A stretch of 55,820 bases of DNA, filler included, from Blastocystis sp. subtype 4 (lineage: Eukaryota), in assembly GCF_000743755.1 (NCBI RefSeq). It is 2 parts of 2 records of this genome, joined end to end, with 100 filler letters (N's around TTAATTAATTAA, not from the genome) between each part and the next. Parts side by side here need not be neighbours in the genome. Positions count along the whole stretch, not along the records: positions 28,010 to 55,820 come from NW_014569410.1; 1 more part is not named here. One strand, given 5' to 3'. Below the pieces are notes generated by a model, which was not told the origin of the DNA, did not search any database, and saw only the letters and a list, made by a program, of their open reading frames with translations. Shown piece by piece: positions 41,163 to 52,522 of the stretch. Positions within the stretch are counted from its first letter, which is position 1; every line of letters begins with the position of its first letter. A program made the position numbers and the translations under genes.

Positions 41163-42348
41163 AAGAAGGAAGATCTGTTGACTCGATCGTCTTTATGTAG
41201 ATATCATTGGGACCACCTCTACAATCAACAGGATTACACAGAACTACGATTGTTGTCCATTTTCATAGAGATACGAAGTGGCTATAGCAAGTACACTTCC
41301 ATCGTTGTTAAATGCAAGAGATGAAACAGAAGAAGGAAGATCACGAAGGTAGGAAAGGCGTTTCTTTGATTTGTAATCCCAAAAGTATACAGCTTTATCT
41401 CCACCTCCTGTTACTAAACAAGACTTCCTTAATATGAATTGGGATCCTTTCCATTACGTAGGGTGCACAGCAAGAGCATTCACTGGAAACACTTGGTTTA
41501 TATTATTGACTACTTTTCTGTGACACTTGAAGCAATATGGTTTGAGTAACTATACATCAGATTCGTTCTCAAGGACGACACTATTAGGATCAAGCAAATC
41601 GACACTCACTCTTCCTTCAATACAACCAGATGCAAACCCATGATCACTGGGTAATGCACAAACACAACGGAGATTAAACTTTAGGTTACTGTCTCGAATC
41701 TCCAATGGCTGATCCAACTTTCGAATATCATATAAAGCAATTTGAAGGGTGTTTGTAGCCGCTAAAACTGTTCTAGAGAATCATAAAGGAGAGTCTGGTA
41801 CGTTCCACCCAACACATCAAGCGAATACACCTTCGTATTTTCAGGTAACATCTTACGAAGCGATGCTTGATCGACCGGTCTACCATTTGGCTTCACAAGA
41901 GGATCCCATAGAGCTATTGTTCCATCCCAACTTCCTGTCACAATACATCCTATCATCATAGCATAGTCAAATTCGGTACTTCGATCAGCACTCCACCGTA
42001 AACAACTCACTGCTTCCAGATGCCGGCCAATGACAGAATCTTTCATTTGAATCAGATCATATCTATATGCTAAAGAATCAACAAAACAAGTACACTTTCA
42101 GTTCACAATCCAGACCGGCACTACAAGCAGAGGTGTCTGAAGTGAAATCACAACAGAGAATAGGTCCTCTTGATTTATATGTTTGAATACAATCTAGGTT
42201 GTCTAGAGTATATAGATATATATTCTAAATGTGGCAAAACTGTAAAGACAATTACAGAATCCCAGGAAGAGGCCATTAATGTATTCGACGATGGTGTAAA
42301 TCGAATACAAGAAATACTGTCGGTTGGACAGTTGTTTAGCTTCTTCAT
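41163..42348 (-). CDS. BUB3: BUB3-type WD40 spindle-checkpoint protein (Rae1/Bub3 family)
   Basis: PTDSISCIRF, ASSWDS, TGSWDGTIALWDP, GCIEGRV, FKCHRK, VNALAVHP, TGGGD, SSLAFNNDG; ends CCT TCT T, 4 nt, TGTTTGTT (41158-41151). Confidence 0.85.
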
Positions 42349-42383
42349 TTGCAAGTAACAAACAGAAATGGGAAAAGTTGCGC

Positions 42384-44766
42384 CTATTTTCGGCTCAAAA
42401 GTTCACGCTCAATTTTCTCTGTCATCGCTTTCTTTCCACCGATAGGGATTAGTCTACGAAATAGCCTATTGTCAAGAATTTTCAATCCAAAATCGAAAAG
42501 GATATCATTTTTCAAAAGCAGCAAATTCGCCAATATAGTTGTTGTTCATACAGTTGATCAATTCCTCTGTAGGACGCTCGAATCCGAGACTACTAGCAAC
42601 TGCCTTCCACCGCTCGTTTGTCATTTGACTCAAACCTCCATTCTCTAACACCCTAGAATCAGCAATCATTCCCAAGAATCACCCAACAAGCAGTAAATAA
42701 GCCTCTATACGCCTATCACCGAAATGAATCGATGAGAATTCATCAGTTCCGCTAAATTGATGATACTATATTTACAACTCATCTTCATATCTACAGCGCC
42801 AATAAGTGCGTTATTGTTTTGAATGAATGTATTAAATATACCAACCTCAATACCATTCAGATAGGACAGTTTGTTCGCATTCTTCACAGCCTTACGATGG
42901 ATCTCTCGAACTCGTTCCTCTTCCGAATCAACTTCAAATCAGTTCAGCTCATCATAAATACCGATTTGGGGAGATTTCCTCTTCTTGGATGCAAAGAGTT
43001 CATGACGATCAATCATTCCAATCACTCCAAGTTTCCGACAATAATGAGTGCATTCAAGATTCACAGTTCCTCGTAAATGTTCACGGAGAGCATTCATGCG
43101 ATGAAACGCTTCAAGACCTGATCCGTTGATCTGAAATGAATAGGAGATCAGATCCTTACAATGGTTCCACTACGTTGTTTAGGATTAATTAGATATAATC
43201 CAGACAAATTTCGAAGAAGAGAAAGAGGGAATTGCTTGATAGAGGTGGGAGTGTAGAAATGAAGGATTCATTCGATTCCAGAAAATAAGGATATTATGTG
43301 ACGTTGATCATTGTGCTTGTTAATAATCGAATAGCAACTAGTAGGATAAGGACCAAATCCAATATTCCATTCCCGCGGGAATAAGACTCGGATACAATTA
43401 CAACCAATAGGGATATTTGAGCCTTCACAATCTTCTAAATAATCTAAAAGAGACTGAAAATCGATTGGAATGGATGGATCAGGAATATTTGGAGGAAGAA
43501 ACGAGAGATACAGCAGACAAACAGCATGCCATGATTTGACTGTCATATCCCCTTTGCTGACAACATCCTGGATATGTTCATCACAGAGAAACCTGATAAG
43601 ATAAGGAAAGAGATCTTGATTCAAGAGCAACTCTCCATTTCGAGTCAATACCATCAGAAGAGACTGTAAAAGGCGTAAAACGATGGATATATCCGAATCC
43701 TGTGGGATTCCAGAGGGTTGAAGCAGTGATTTGATGAATCTGACATTCACTCCACTCAATTGAATTACGAGAGAGTTAGATCAATAGCATCATCGACACC
43801 AATGGGACTATGAATTCCATTCCGATGAAATAAATATGATGACAAGAGAAGCAAGCGGATAGATGAGGAAATAACCATCTTGTCATTTGTTTGAGGAATC
43901 ATTTGAAGAAGTGATTGCTGACAAATACGGATACTGTTGAGTTCATTCACCACTTGTCGTTTGAGATCGGTACATGTTCCTGTCTTCTCCAAAACGTCAC
44001 TATTGATCAATTAAGGAGAACAAGGAAACATTAACTGAAGAAGATCCAAACAGTTTTGGAAGTCATTCAGAGAAGTGATGGAAAGAGGTTGTTCAACCAA
44101 GAACGAAAGCTTTTCTATGAGATTTTGTATGAGTTGAAAGATAGAAAATCGGAGAGGTGGTCGGGAAGTTTGAGCAATCTCGACTAATACCAGAAGCAAC
44201 TGAATGCTTGAATATGGTGAAAAAGATGGTTCTGAGATATCAGAAAGGGATTCCTTTACTGCCCTCTTCAGAAATCTATAGACGACCAAAGAATTACCAG
44301 CTGTATATTACTCATCACAAACAACTCATACACAAAATGTTCTGGATATCATCTGAATGCTTTACATAAATAGATTCGCTAATAGGACGTCCATGAAGAC
44401 AATCATCACAAAACCAGTCTCCTTCTCCCACATCTGACTTCTAAGCATTCAACAGATCAATAGTCAATTACCCTGATCTTCAAACAACGGAAATGAAACG
44501 CACGTTTACAAGGACCATCGCATAAAAGCAGGTTTCTATATCATAAGTATCCTTAGGAGACATACCCTGGCATTTTGCAGATGCAACAATAGTCATGAGA
44601 CGAATACAAAGGAACAATATCTTCAGGCGATATTGCTGTTCCTATCCACTTGTCAAACTCAACTCCGTTGCTCTGCATAGCTAGAAGGCGAGAATAAGTG
44701 ATTGGATATGCTCCGAGAGTCACGGTTCTTTCGTGCTTTTGACGATCTAACGAATAGCTGATTCAT
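42384..44766 (-). CDS. Hypothetical Leu-rich alpha-solenoid-like protein, multi-exon
   Basis: Chain of minus-strand ORFs separated by short introns; TAG at 42386-42384; motif at 42357-42364; start inferred. Confidence 0.55.
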
Positions 44767-44847
44767 TTCAAAACAAGAATTAGCTAGAGTTGATACTTGC
44801 TGTTCTTCTTTATATCTCTATCGGAGATCATCTTGTTTCGTTTAATC

Positions 44848-46401
44848 ATGGATAAAAAGACGTCACCGCGACAACTTGTTCGTTCTGTACAAAACGAATT
44901 ACCGGAAGCTGCTCCTAGCAGTATTATGAGCGATTCCAGTATGATATCTGTCCTCCTCGAGTCTGATCTTGTAAAAGAGCACAAATCCTTTGTAGATCGT
45001 TTGTTCCTATTGTTGATTTCGTAGGCACCGTCGACACCTGCAAAATCAGATGTGAGTCTTGCTGATCAAGACAACTCGGAATTGAATGTTACACCGAGAG
45101 ATGCAATGAAAAACGCAATTGGATATCTAAACTCTATTTATTCTACTCCTAGTGTGATTGAAGATACTTCATTTCATCGTCCTCAGGTTGAAAGCACTAT
45201 TGACCAGAGTGGTATTCATGCAGATTCTATTCTTGGAACGTTTTCTCCACATTCTAGTTTCATGGCACCAAATGAAACTTCGGTCATAGCTCCAGCTCGG
45301 AAACGTCGTAAATCCATTCGAGATTCCGAATATGCTTCTTTGCTAGTGTCTGAAGGAAATCCTGTATCATCATACAGCAGTCTTCTTCGAGACTCACTAT
45401 CCACAGCTCAAGATGCTCGAAATGGGAATTTCACATCTCTCCTGGCCAAGAGTAGTCAGGTGAGTGATTCATCAACGTTAAGTACATCGATATCTCAAGC
45501 TAATTCTTCTCTGAGTGGTTCTGTGAATCCTCTCTCTTTAAAAGCTTCTCTGATTAACAAGTCACTATCTGAGGTGAAGACAGATAAGGAAGAGTTGAAG
45601 TCTGGTTTGGAAACTGAGCCAAAACAACGTGAGCCAGAACCTGAGCAGTCTGAGCCAGAGCTTGAACAAGAACCTGAGCAGGAACCTGAACAAGAACCTG
45701 AACCCGAACAAGAGGAACAAGAGGAACAAGAAGAGGCTGAATCAGAGGAAATAGCAGAGTTAGATCAAGGTGGTCTTTCAGATCATGATTTGCCTGAAAG
45801 TATTCCTTCCATTGAAGAAACAACAATTCGTGATCTACTGGAACCTTCTCATACAGAAGAGAAACCATCACAGCTAGATACATTAATGCCTCCCCCTTCC
45901 TCATCATTACGATTACGAATTCCAGAAAAAGGCATTTCTCGACGAGGTCGCAAAAAAGGGTCGAAATCAGGGTATGCCGGAAATGATCAGGAAATGATCC
46001 ATAGAGAACATATTCTTCCTCTAGAATTAGTTCAAAAGATAGTGAAAGCCAGTTGTACTCGAAGAGTCTCTAAAGATGTGTATCCAATGATCAATGAAAT
46101 CTCATCAGATTTCTTTGAAGTGAGAGAAGGTAGTATGGATAACATCTAGGGTATTTTTGACAGACTGGATGATTATTGCCATTTAGGAAAGCGAACTGAA
46201 GTGAATGTGTCTGATGTCCAATTATTGATGAAACGGTGAGAGATAAGAAATGATATGATAGTTAGACAACGATTGACAAATGACAGGAAATCATTCTTGG
46301 ATTTGATACGTGAAAATCTGAATAGAGAACAGATCGAGTCATTGATTGAAATACCTGAATGGAACATCAATAGTATAGATATTCATAACTATTTTCGGTA
46401 G
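44848..46401 (+). CDS. CENPT: CENP-T-like kinetochore protein (disordered N-tail, C-terminal histone fold)
   Basis: N-terminal TSPRQLVRSV and VTPRDAMKNAI helices; LPLELVQKIVK...RVSKDVY...FFEGIFDRLDDYCHLGKRTEVNVSDVQLLMKRQRL...LIRENLNREQIESLI. Confidence 0.75.
45615..45745 (+). repeat. Imperfect 12-nt coding tandem repeat encoding EPEQ/EEQ
   Basis: gaacctgagcag / gaacctgaacaa units. Confidence 0.8.
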
Positions 46402-46427
46402 TAAATTGTGTGTTGAAGAAACAATGG

Positions 46428-49180
46428 AAAGATGCATGGCATCAAGAAGTTTGTTAATAAACTGATCCAGGTAATCTCGATGTAACAGATTCTGCGCTAG
46501 AAGCTATGATAATAACAAGAATTCACAAATACAGGAGCACTCAAAACAACATGATTCACACCTTTCTTAGCTCCAATAATGGAACCAACAACAAAACTAT
46601 TTACACAACTATTACCACCTTCCATAAACACCTATTCATCATACATCCTCTCTTATCATACTCGAAGAATTGCATTAATAAAGGGATAATCGTAAACGAA
46701 GAAGAACACACCATACAAACATGATTCATATAAATCACCCCTAGAACTCATTCTATTATCAAATCTTCACATTGCTTTCTCATGAATGAAATCTCGAATT
46801 TGAAGGACTTCACACCAATTATCATGAACTGAAAGAATTGCTTTGAGTAATTCTATATCTCCTTGTTCTTGGAAATACTATCATGATTTCGTACATTCAA
46901 ACGTACTGTTTTCACAGAAGCACTGATATTCATCAGGATTTGATGACGTTTCTGAATAGTATCCAACTCAGATTCAGTGGCTATTGCTTAAGGAAGGAGT
47001 ATGATTCAACCAGCTATCGATTTACTTAAGATTTGGCCCAACAATAGACAAACACCAATACAACGCAAATCATACTACGATTCACTTTTCTTTCTCTATT
47101 CACAACATGAGTTGTCTTACAACAACCGATAATAGTTTCTTTCAGACTGGCTTCATCATCAAAAAATGGAATCTAAGTATCATTCTCACATTCTTTTCTT
47201 ACAGCTACTAAGATGGAATGAGGAATACACTGACATTCCAAATTCTTCTCTTTGCTGTTCTCCCACATTTGCTACAACTCACTCCTTCCACTCTCTCTTA
47301 CTTTGCTACACTCAATTGGATTATGTGTGTACTCCTTTGTATTTGCAAGAATATTCAGTGTTTTTGTTAAACCAAATCCCGCCTTATCATCAAATGAATT
47401 CAAACCCTATGTAAAAATGGAATTGATGAAAATACCTCGAATTTGTATCGAGTGATAATGTCAGCAAATGTGTACTCTGTGAAGTGGCCTGCTTTAATTA
47501 CTGATGTAAGAAGCATCACCGCTAGATCAGTTTTCTCCGACCAATCACCTGGCAACCATCGAACTACTGATAATCATCGATTACTGAACAGACTTCGATG
47601 TCGATCTCGAATGATATCATCATAGACTGGATATTGATCGATTCGAGTATGAATCACTCCAAAAGAAGAGGAAGGGATTATTCCTTGATTCGCTTCAGAG
47701 GAAACAACAGAAGGCTCTCTTTCTCGCCTTTCTGATTCCGTTTCTGAACGTGTTTCCATTATTCCTCGGGATTCTGTTTGAGAGTTTGGAACAACATGAG
47801 CAGGCTTTGTTTTGAAATGGTTTTGAATCTCTAAAGTGTGAACACTATTATACTGACTGTAATGGAACAACACTTCATTTGGAGTCATGAATTCACTTCC
47901 CAAAGAGATTGCATCTCCAATACTGGCTCCATAAAGAATCCCACTGATCTTACTTACTAGGATCTAGGTTCAATCAGATACTCAAAAATACTTTCGGATC
48001 ATATTGCTCAGGATGCTTTGGACTGAAAGCTGCATTCATGATTGGACCTCCAACAAAGGCAAACACGGAGAGAGGAACGTCATCCATTTCAACTTCCGAC
48101 TGGGGCAAGATTGATAGTGACTCTGGTTGTTCTGGTTGAGTTACTTCTCCTTTAACTCGATGGAAGATTGGAACAATTGATGTGATTATAATGTTAAAGA
48201 ATGAATGATTCAGATAACTTGGATATTGAAACGACTCACATCTGGATCTGGAATTGATTCATTTTCTCCCTTTAAGGAAGTTTTCTTATGGTGATAGTTT
48301 GTATGAGTAGATCCTTTTACATAGGAACCCTTGTTCTCTGGATTATTGCTTTTCGCTACTGATTCCTCTGAAGGTAATTGCATTTCCATCCACACCTCAT
48401 CACTCAACAGGTTCTGATGCTCAAATACATACTTCTGTAACTTCTTGATGAGTACATTTGAGGACTGTTCAACATACTCTTTCGTTGCATCCTTATACGG
48501 ATTTCTTTCACAGATGACATTTTCCAAGGATGGCAACTGACCCAGAAAATATGGGAACGACTCCAGTTTATTGTCGGCAAAATTGAGATATCGCAAGTTG
48601 ATAAGACGACTCACATTACTTGTCAACATAACTAGTTGATTACCGCTGACATCTAAACGAGATAAATTAATCAAATCACCAATCTCCTTGGGAATCACCC
48701 TAACTCTCAGTCTCTTTCTCGAATCCCTACAAAATCCGATTATTATGAAGGTCTAATTCTTCTAAATGATCCAGTAGTCCCAAGCAAGGAGAGATGGTTG
48801 TTATCCTACTCTCTAAGTCTGGATCTTTGAGCCTACCGATTATCAGAACAACTGAATCTACGTAACTCTGTCAATAGGCCAATTTCATCAGGAATCTCAG
48901 TTAGACAGTGAAAATTGATTGACAAATCTCGCAAACCAGACATTTCAACAATGTAGAATGGGAATTCAAAGAGAATGGGTTCATCCGCATCATCCCACTC
49001 TTGAAAGTTTTGAGCTTCCTCAATATAGTTATAATTGTGATAGATATAGTCCGTGTAGTCCATTTTCCGACTGAGATCAAGTGTCCTTAGTCCATGCTAT
49101 TCATAAGGAAACGACACGATCATCACGTTGATGATTTCTGTTTGCTTTCGTCGTTCAGACAAAGAGATGCAATTGCCCAT
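46428..49180 (-). CDS. N-acylated LRR protein fused to a degenerate ADP-ribosylglycohydrolase (ARH/DraG family) domain
   Basis: MGNC start; LRRs (IPDEIGLLTELRRFSCSDNR, LSRLDVSGNQL); GILYGASIGDAISLGSEFM; WLPGDWSEKTD; EGGNSCVNSFVVGSIIGAKKG; ends CAT CTT T, 4 nt, TGTTTCTT. Confidence 0.75.
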
Positions 49181-49341
49181 TACAACTTGTATCTGCGCTA
49201 CTAGCCGAATTCTGGGTTCTCATCGTAACGGCTCATTCACGATAGAACACTTCGATAAAACGTAGAACACATTCGTAGGGACAGATTAAGGCATTTTGAG
49301 AGAATTAGAAAACAATCCCTGACCTTTTCAACAAACAATAA

Positions 49342-49586
49342 TCAAACTTTATTTGGTACATTCTGTTCCTGTTGTTGAAGCTGTTCAAGAGGAGTGCAAT
49401 GCTTAAACCTAGACTTTCAAGTTTTGAATTCACTACAAACATGTTACAATACAATGCGGTTACTTCAGAGGCTTTTGCAACAACTTGCTGAGTTGCCTCA
49501 GCTTGCCGAGTGAACTTTATCATTTCCTCATTCAACCTCACAATCCTATCTGCAAGATTTGCATACAAGGCTTCTTTGGAGGACAT
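49342..49586 (-). CDS. Small helical protein resembling DASH/Dam1 complex subunit Hsk3
   Basis: ~70 aa after one intron: MSSKEALYANLADRIVRLNEEMIKFTRQAEATQQ...; TGA, 4 nt, TGTTTGTT (49337-49330); family call by eye. Confidence 0.5.
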
Positions 49587-49649
49587 TTATTTGTGTTGAT
49601 GAGATAGAACTTACTTCTCAAATAGTGAACATAGAGTACTATTTTAGGT

Positions 49650-49721
49650 GCGCCGATAGCTCAGTGGGAGAGCATACGATTGCAGATTGTGAGGTCGACG
49701 GTTCAATCCCGCCTCGGCGCT
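49650..49721 (+). tRNA. tRNA-Cys (GCA)
   Basis: Acceptor stem GCGCCGA/TCGGCGC, D-arm GCTC/GAGC, anticodon loop TTGCAGA, T-loop TTCAATC, U discriminator, downstream T-run (Pol III terminator). Confidence 0.95.
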
Positions 49722-49748
49722 TTTTTCCTTTTTCTTACAACAAACAGT

Positions 49749-52417
49749 TCATATTACAATTCCCATTTTCTCACAAATTCGAGCAAACCGCTGATGAATA
49801 CCTTGATCATGTGGATTCATTTTCACAAACCGCTGTAGAATAAAGATCAATTCATTATCTACACTGTGAATGATAGGTAGATGAGAAAGATAATAAAGAG
49901 ACAACAGACAGTTCTGCATAATCACCACATTTGACTCATACTCCAACACCAGTAATTGGATTAACTGTATCACACTACTTTCGCAAAAGAACGAATCAAA
50001 TCCATCTATTCATCATCTCTACAAGTGGTTATTACAGTAGTTCGAGAAGATGGCAAGGAACATTGATATCTTGATGCTGATTCCTTCATCATCCACAAAA
50101 CGAAAGAAGAACGGAAACAATTCTTCCAGTAGATTCGATGTGGCTACTTGTCGTAGATTCTCTTCTACTGATCATCATCCATTCTCATCTCAACCATTCA
50201 AATCCACAATACTCAACAAGCACTCTATCACAGAAGGGACCATCTCTTCATCATAGTCTTGGAGAATACCAGTCAACGAAGCAATAACTGCATCTGTCCG
50301 AATCACCTCTCGTGATAAACCTATCCTTATCATTCGCATACAACTCTTACAACTGGCCTTACATTGATATGTGAGGAGTGTCAACGCTTCCAACAATAGA
50401 GTCTTCTTGTCCACTACTTCGCCTCCTATTGTAACTTCCTGAATGAAGGATGACTCATCGGCTACTAGGCAGAAGAACATCACAAGAAGATCATCAATCT
50501 TGTGCTTACTCAATACATTATTGTTAATATAATCTAGAGTCCAACCCCTAACAGAAACCTACTCAATGAAACCAGTGAAGTGAGAATGGAAACTGTCTGT
50601 TCACAATTAGTATACAATATTGCATTCCGTGGAAGTGTAAGCAAATCAAGCAAAGCTTCCAATCCACGATTCTCAAGAAATGTAAGTTGAAAGAATCCTA
50701 TGTAAAAGTGATTGATGAACTGATACGATCTAACATTCCAACCTTAAAAAACAGCATGATGGTATTGATAATATTGTAAACGTTTTGAACAACATCTTTG
50801 CACAACACGTAATCACTCTCATCATCTACAATCACCACAGGTTTATCATTGGAGAAGCTTAATACGTGTTGATGACGACCAGTTCCATATTCCAACTGTG
50901 CTAATGTCTCATTCACTTCTTCAGATATGCAAGCATTCAATGAATTTGGGGAGGGATTTGAATGTGATGGTTTTGTATTCATATCTTCAAAGAGATCTTG
51001 ATCATCATTACAAATGAATGATCCATTCGATCGACGTGAATCACGAAGATTGGCACTGATAATGGAAATAAGTGATTTGAGAATGATTATAGTATTCCTC
51101 ACAAAATTGACTCGAGCTATCCGTTGTCGAAGACACTCTTCAATCATATCTAACTTTCAATCCTACCGTTTTCTCCAAAAGAAGCCAGAATCGAGAAGAC
51201 ATAAAAATATATGTTCTTGACATGCACATAAGCTTCATTTGGAGAACCTATCAATGTACGATTAGCCATCATGGGGGAAGCACGACCTATCCCTAGTTCA
51301 ACTTCCACTTCAGACTTTCCTGTCGTATCGAGATAGTCTGAGAGTCGTAAGGATACAAACAGACTCAGAAATGTGTGAATGACAGATAACCCACCTTTTT
51401 CGACAAATATCTCAGCAAATGATCCTAGAATGAATTCATTTCTCAATTACAACCATGTTGACACAACATATAAACAAGAGAGAGAAGTTCAGAAATGTAA
51501 CTTCGAATGACTTCTCCTTTCTGCGAATAATATTGAAGGATTGCTACAAGAACAGGGACACCACCTGCATCGATCAACAGGTTTGTATCAACATCACAAT
51601 TATCACTGTTCACAAAATAGTAGACAAGAAGGTGAGTCACAAGAGGGGGATAGGCAGAACTTGTTCGATAACGGTACATGGTAATAAGTAAGGAGGTAAC
51701 TGTATGGTACTGTAACATGAGAAGATAAAACTGGCGCAAAACTAACAATCAACAAACTCCATAAACTGTACCAAAAGGATCTCGTTCATTTAGAATAATC
51801 AAACATAGCTTGTACAAAACAGATATGGAAGAGTCAGACTCATTACTTTGTGAGGTGCTATCGAACTCCTCCAGCAATGAATGCAAAATATCCAACTTCC
51901 CTTCTTGAGATAAACAACAAAAGGAATTAGCGAATGACTGATCGGTAAGATCATATCCTGGAATGGGAGGATCCATATGTGTTTTGTATTTCTCCCCATA
52001 CGTTTTGTAAACTGTAGACGTTTCACGAATAATGTCCGTTGTTTCATCTTCAGAATCTAACTTTTGCGATTCATTTTCTGAATAAGAAGGGTCATCAAAT
52101 ATAACAATTCGCCTCTCCTCTTCATCAGAATAGGATTCCTTATTTATTGGTTCCTCGATACCAGTAAATAAACCAGCACTCCTGTTCTCCTCAACAACAA
52201 TTGCTAATTCTTTGTTCGATGATACTCCCTCCATCTTCGCTTCTTCTTCAGATTTTGAATCTATAGCTTCATATTGATCCAGTGGATTCAGCACAACAGA
52301 TTGTTCTGTTGCAGAAGTAGTTCCAGCACAAACTTGAGTCAATTCAATATGTTCACTTAGTCTCTCTTCTTCTGTTTTGTGTTCCAAAGGTAATTCTTTG
52401 GAACACGTACAGCCCAT
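49749..52417 (-). CDS. N-acylated (MGCTCS) armadillo-repeat-like protein
   Basis: Acidic N-terminal region, then ARM-like units (LIDAGGVPVLVAIL, FVEKGGLSVIHTFL); motif at 49746-49739. Confidence 0.6.
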
Positions 52418-52522
52418 CGTTGATTTGATCGCTTTTTCTTTCATTCTTGATAATCAAAGAACTACTAAACAGTTTACAAACAAACAAGTCAATAATTCCC
52501 TAAAGCAAATATTGCATTTATC

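Noticed and set aside
42384..44766. CENP-I identity for the gene divergent from CENP-T-like
   Set aside because: Size and helical character fit, but I could not see CENP-I motifs; left as hypothetical
45615..45745. Tandem repeat as a CRISPR array or satellite
   Set aside because: In-frame coding EPEQ repeat with no spacers, in a eukaryotic context
46440..47170. Separate small SNARE or membrane gene
   Set aside because: Spliced translation gives the C-terminal half of the ARH domain of the upstream LRR gene
49559..49843. 94-aa plus-strand ORF
   Set aside because: Spans the tRNA-Cys gene and neighbouring gene ends; spurious
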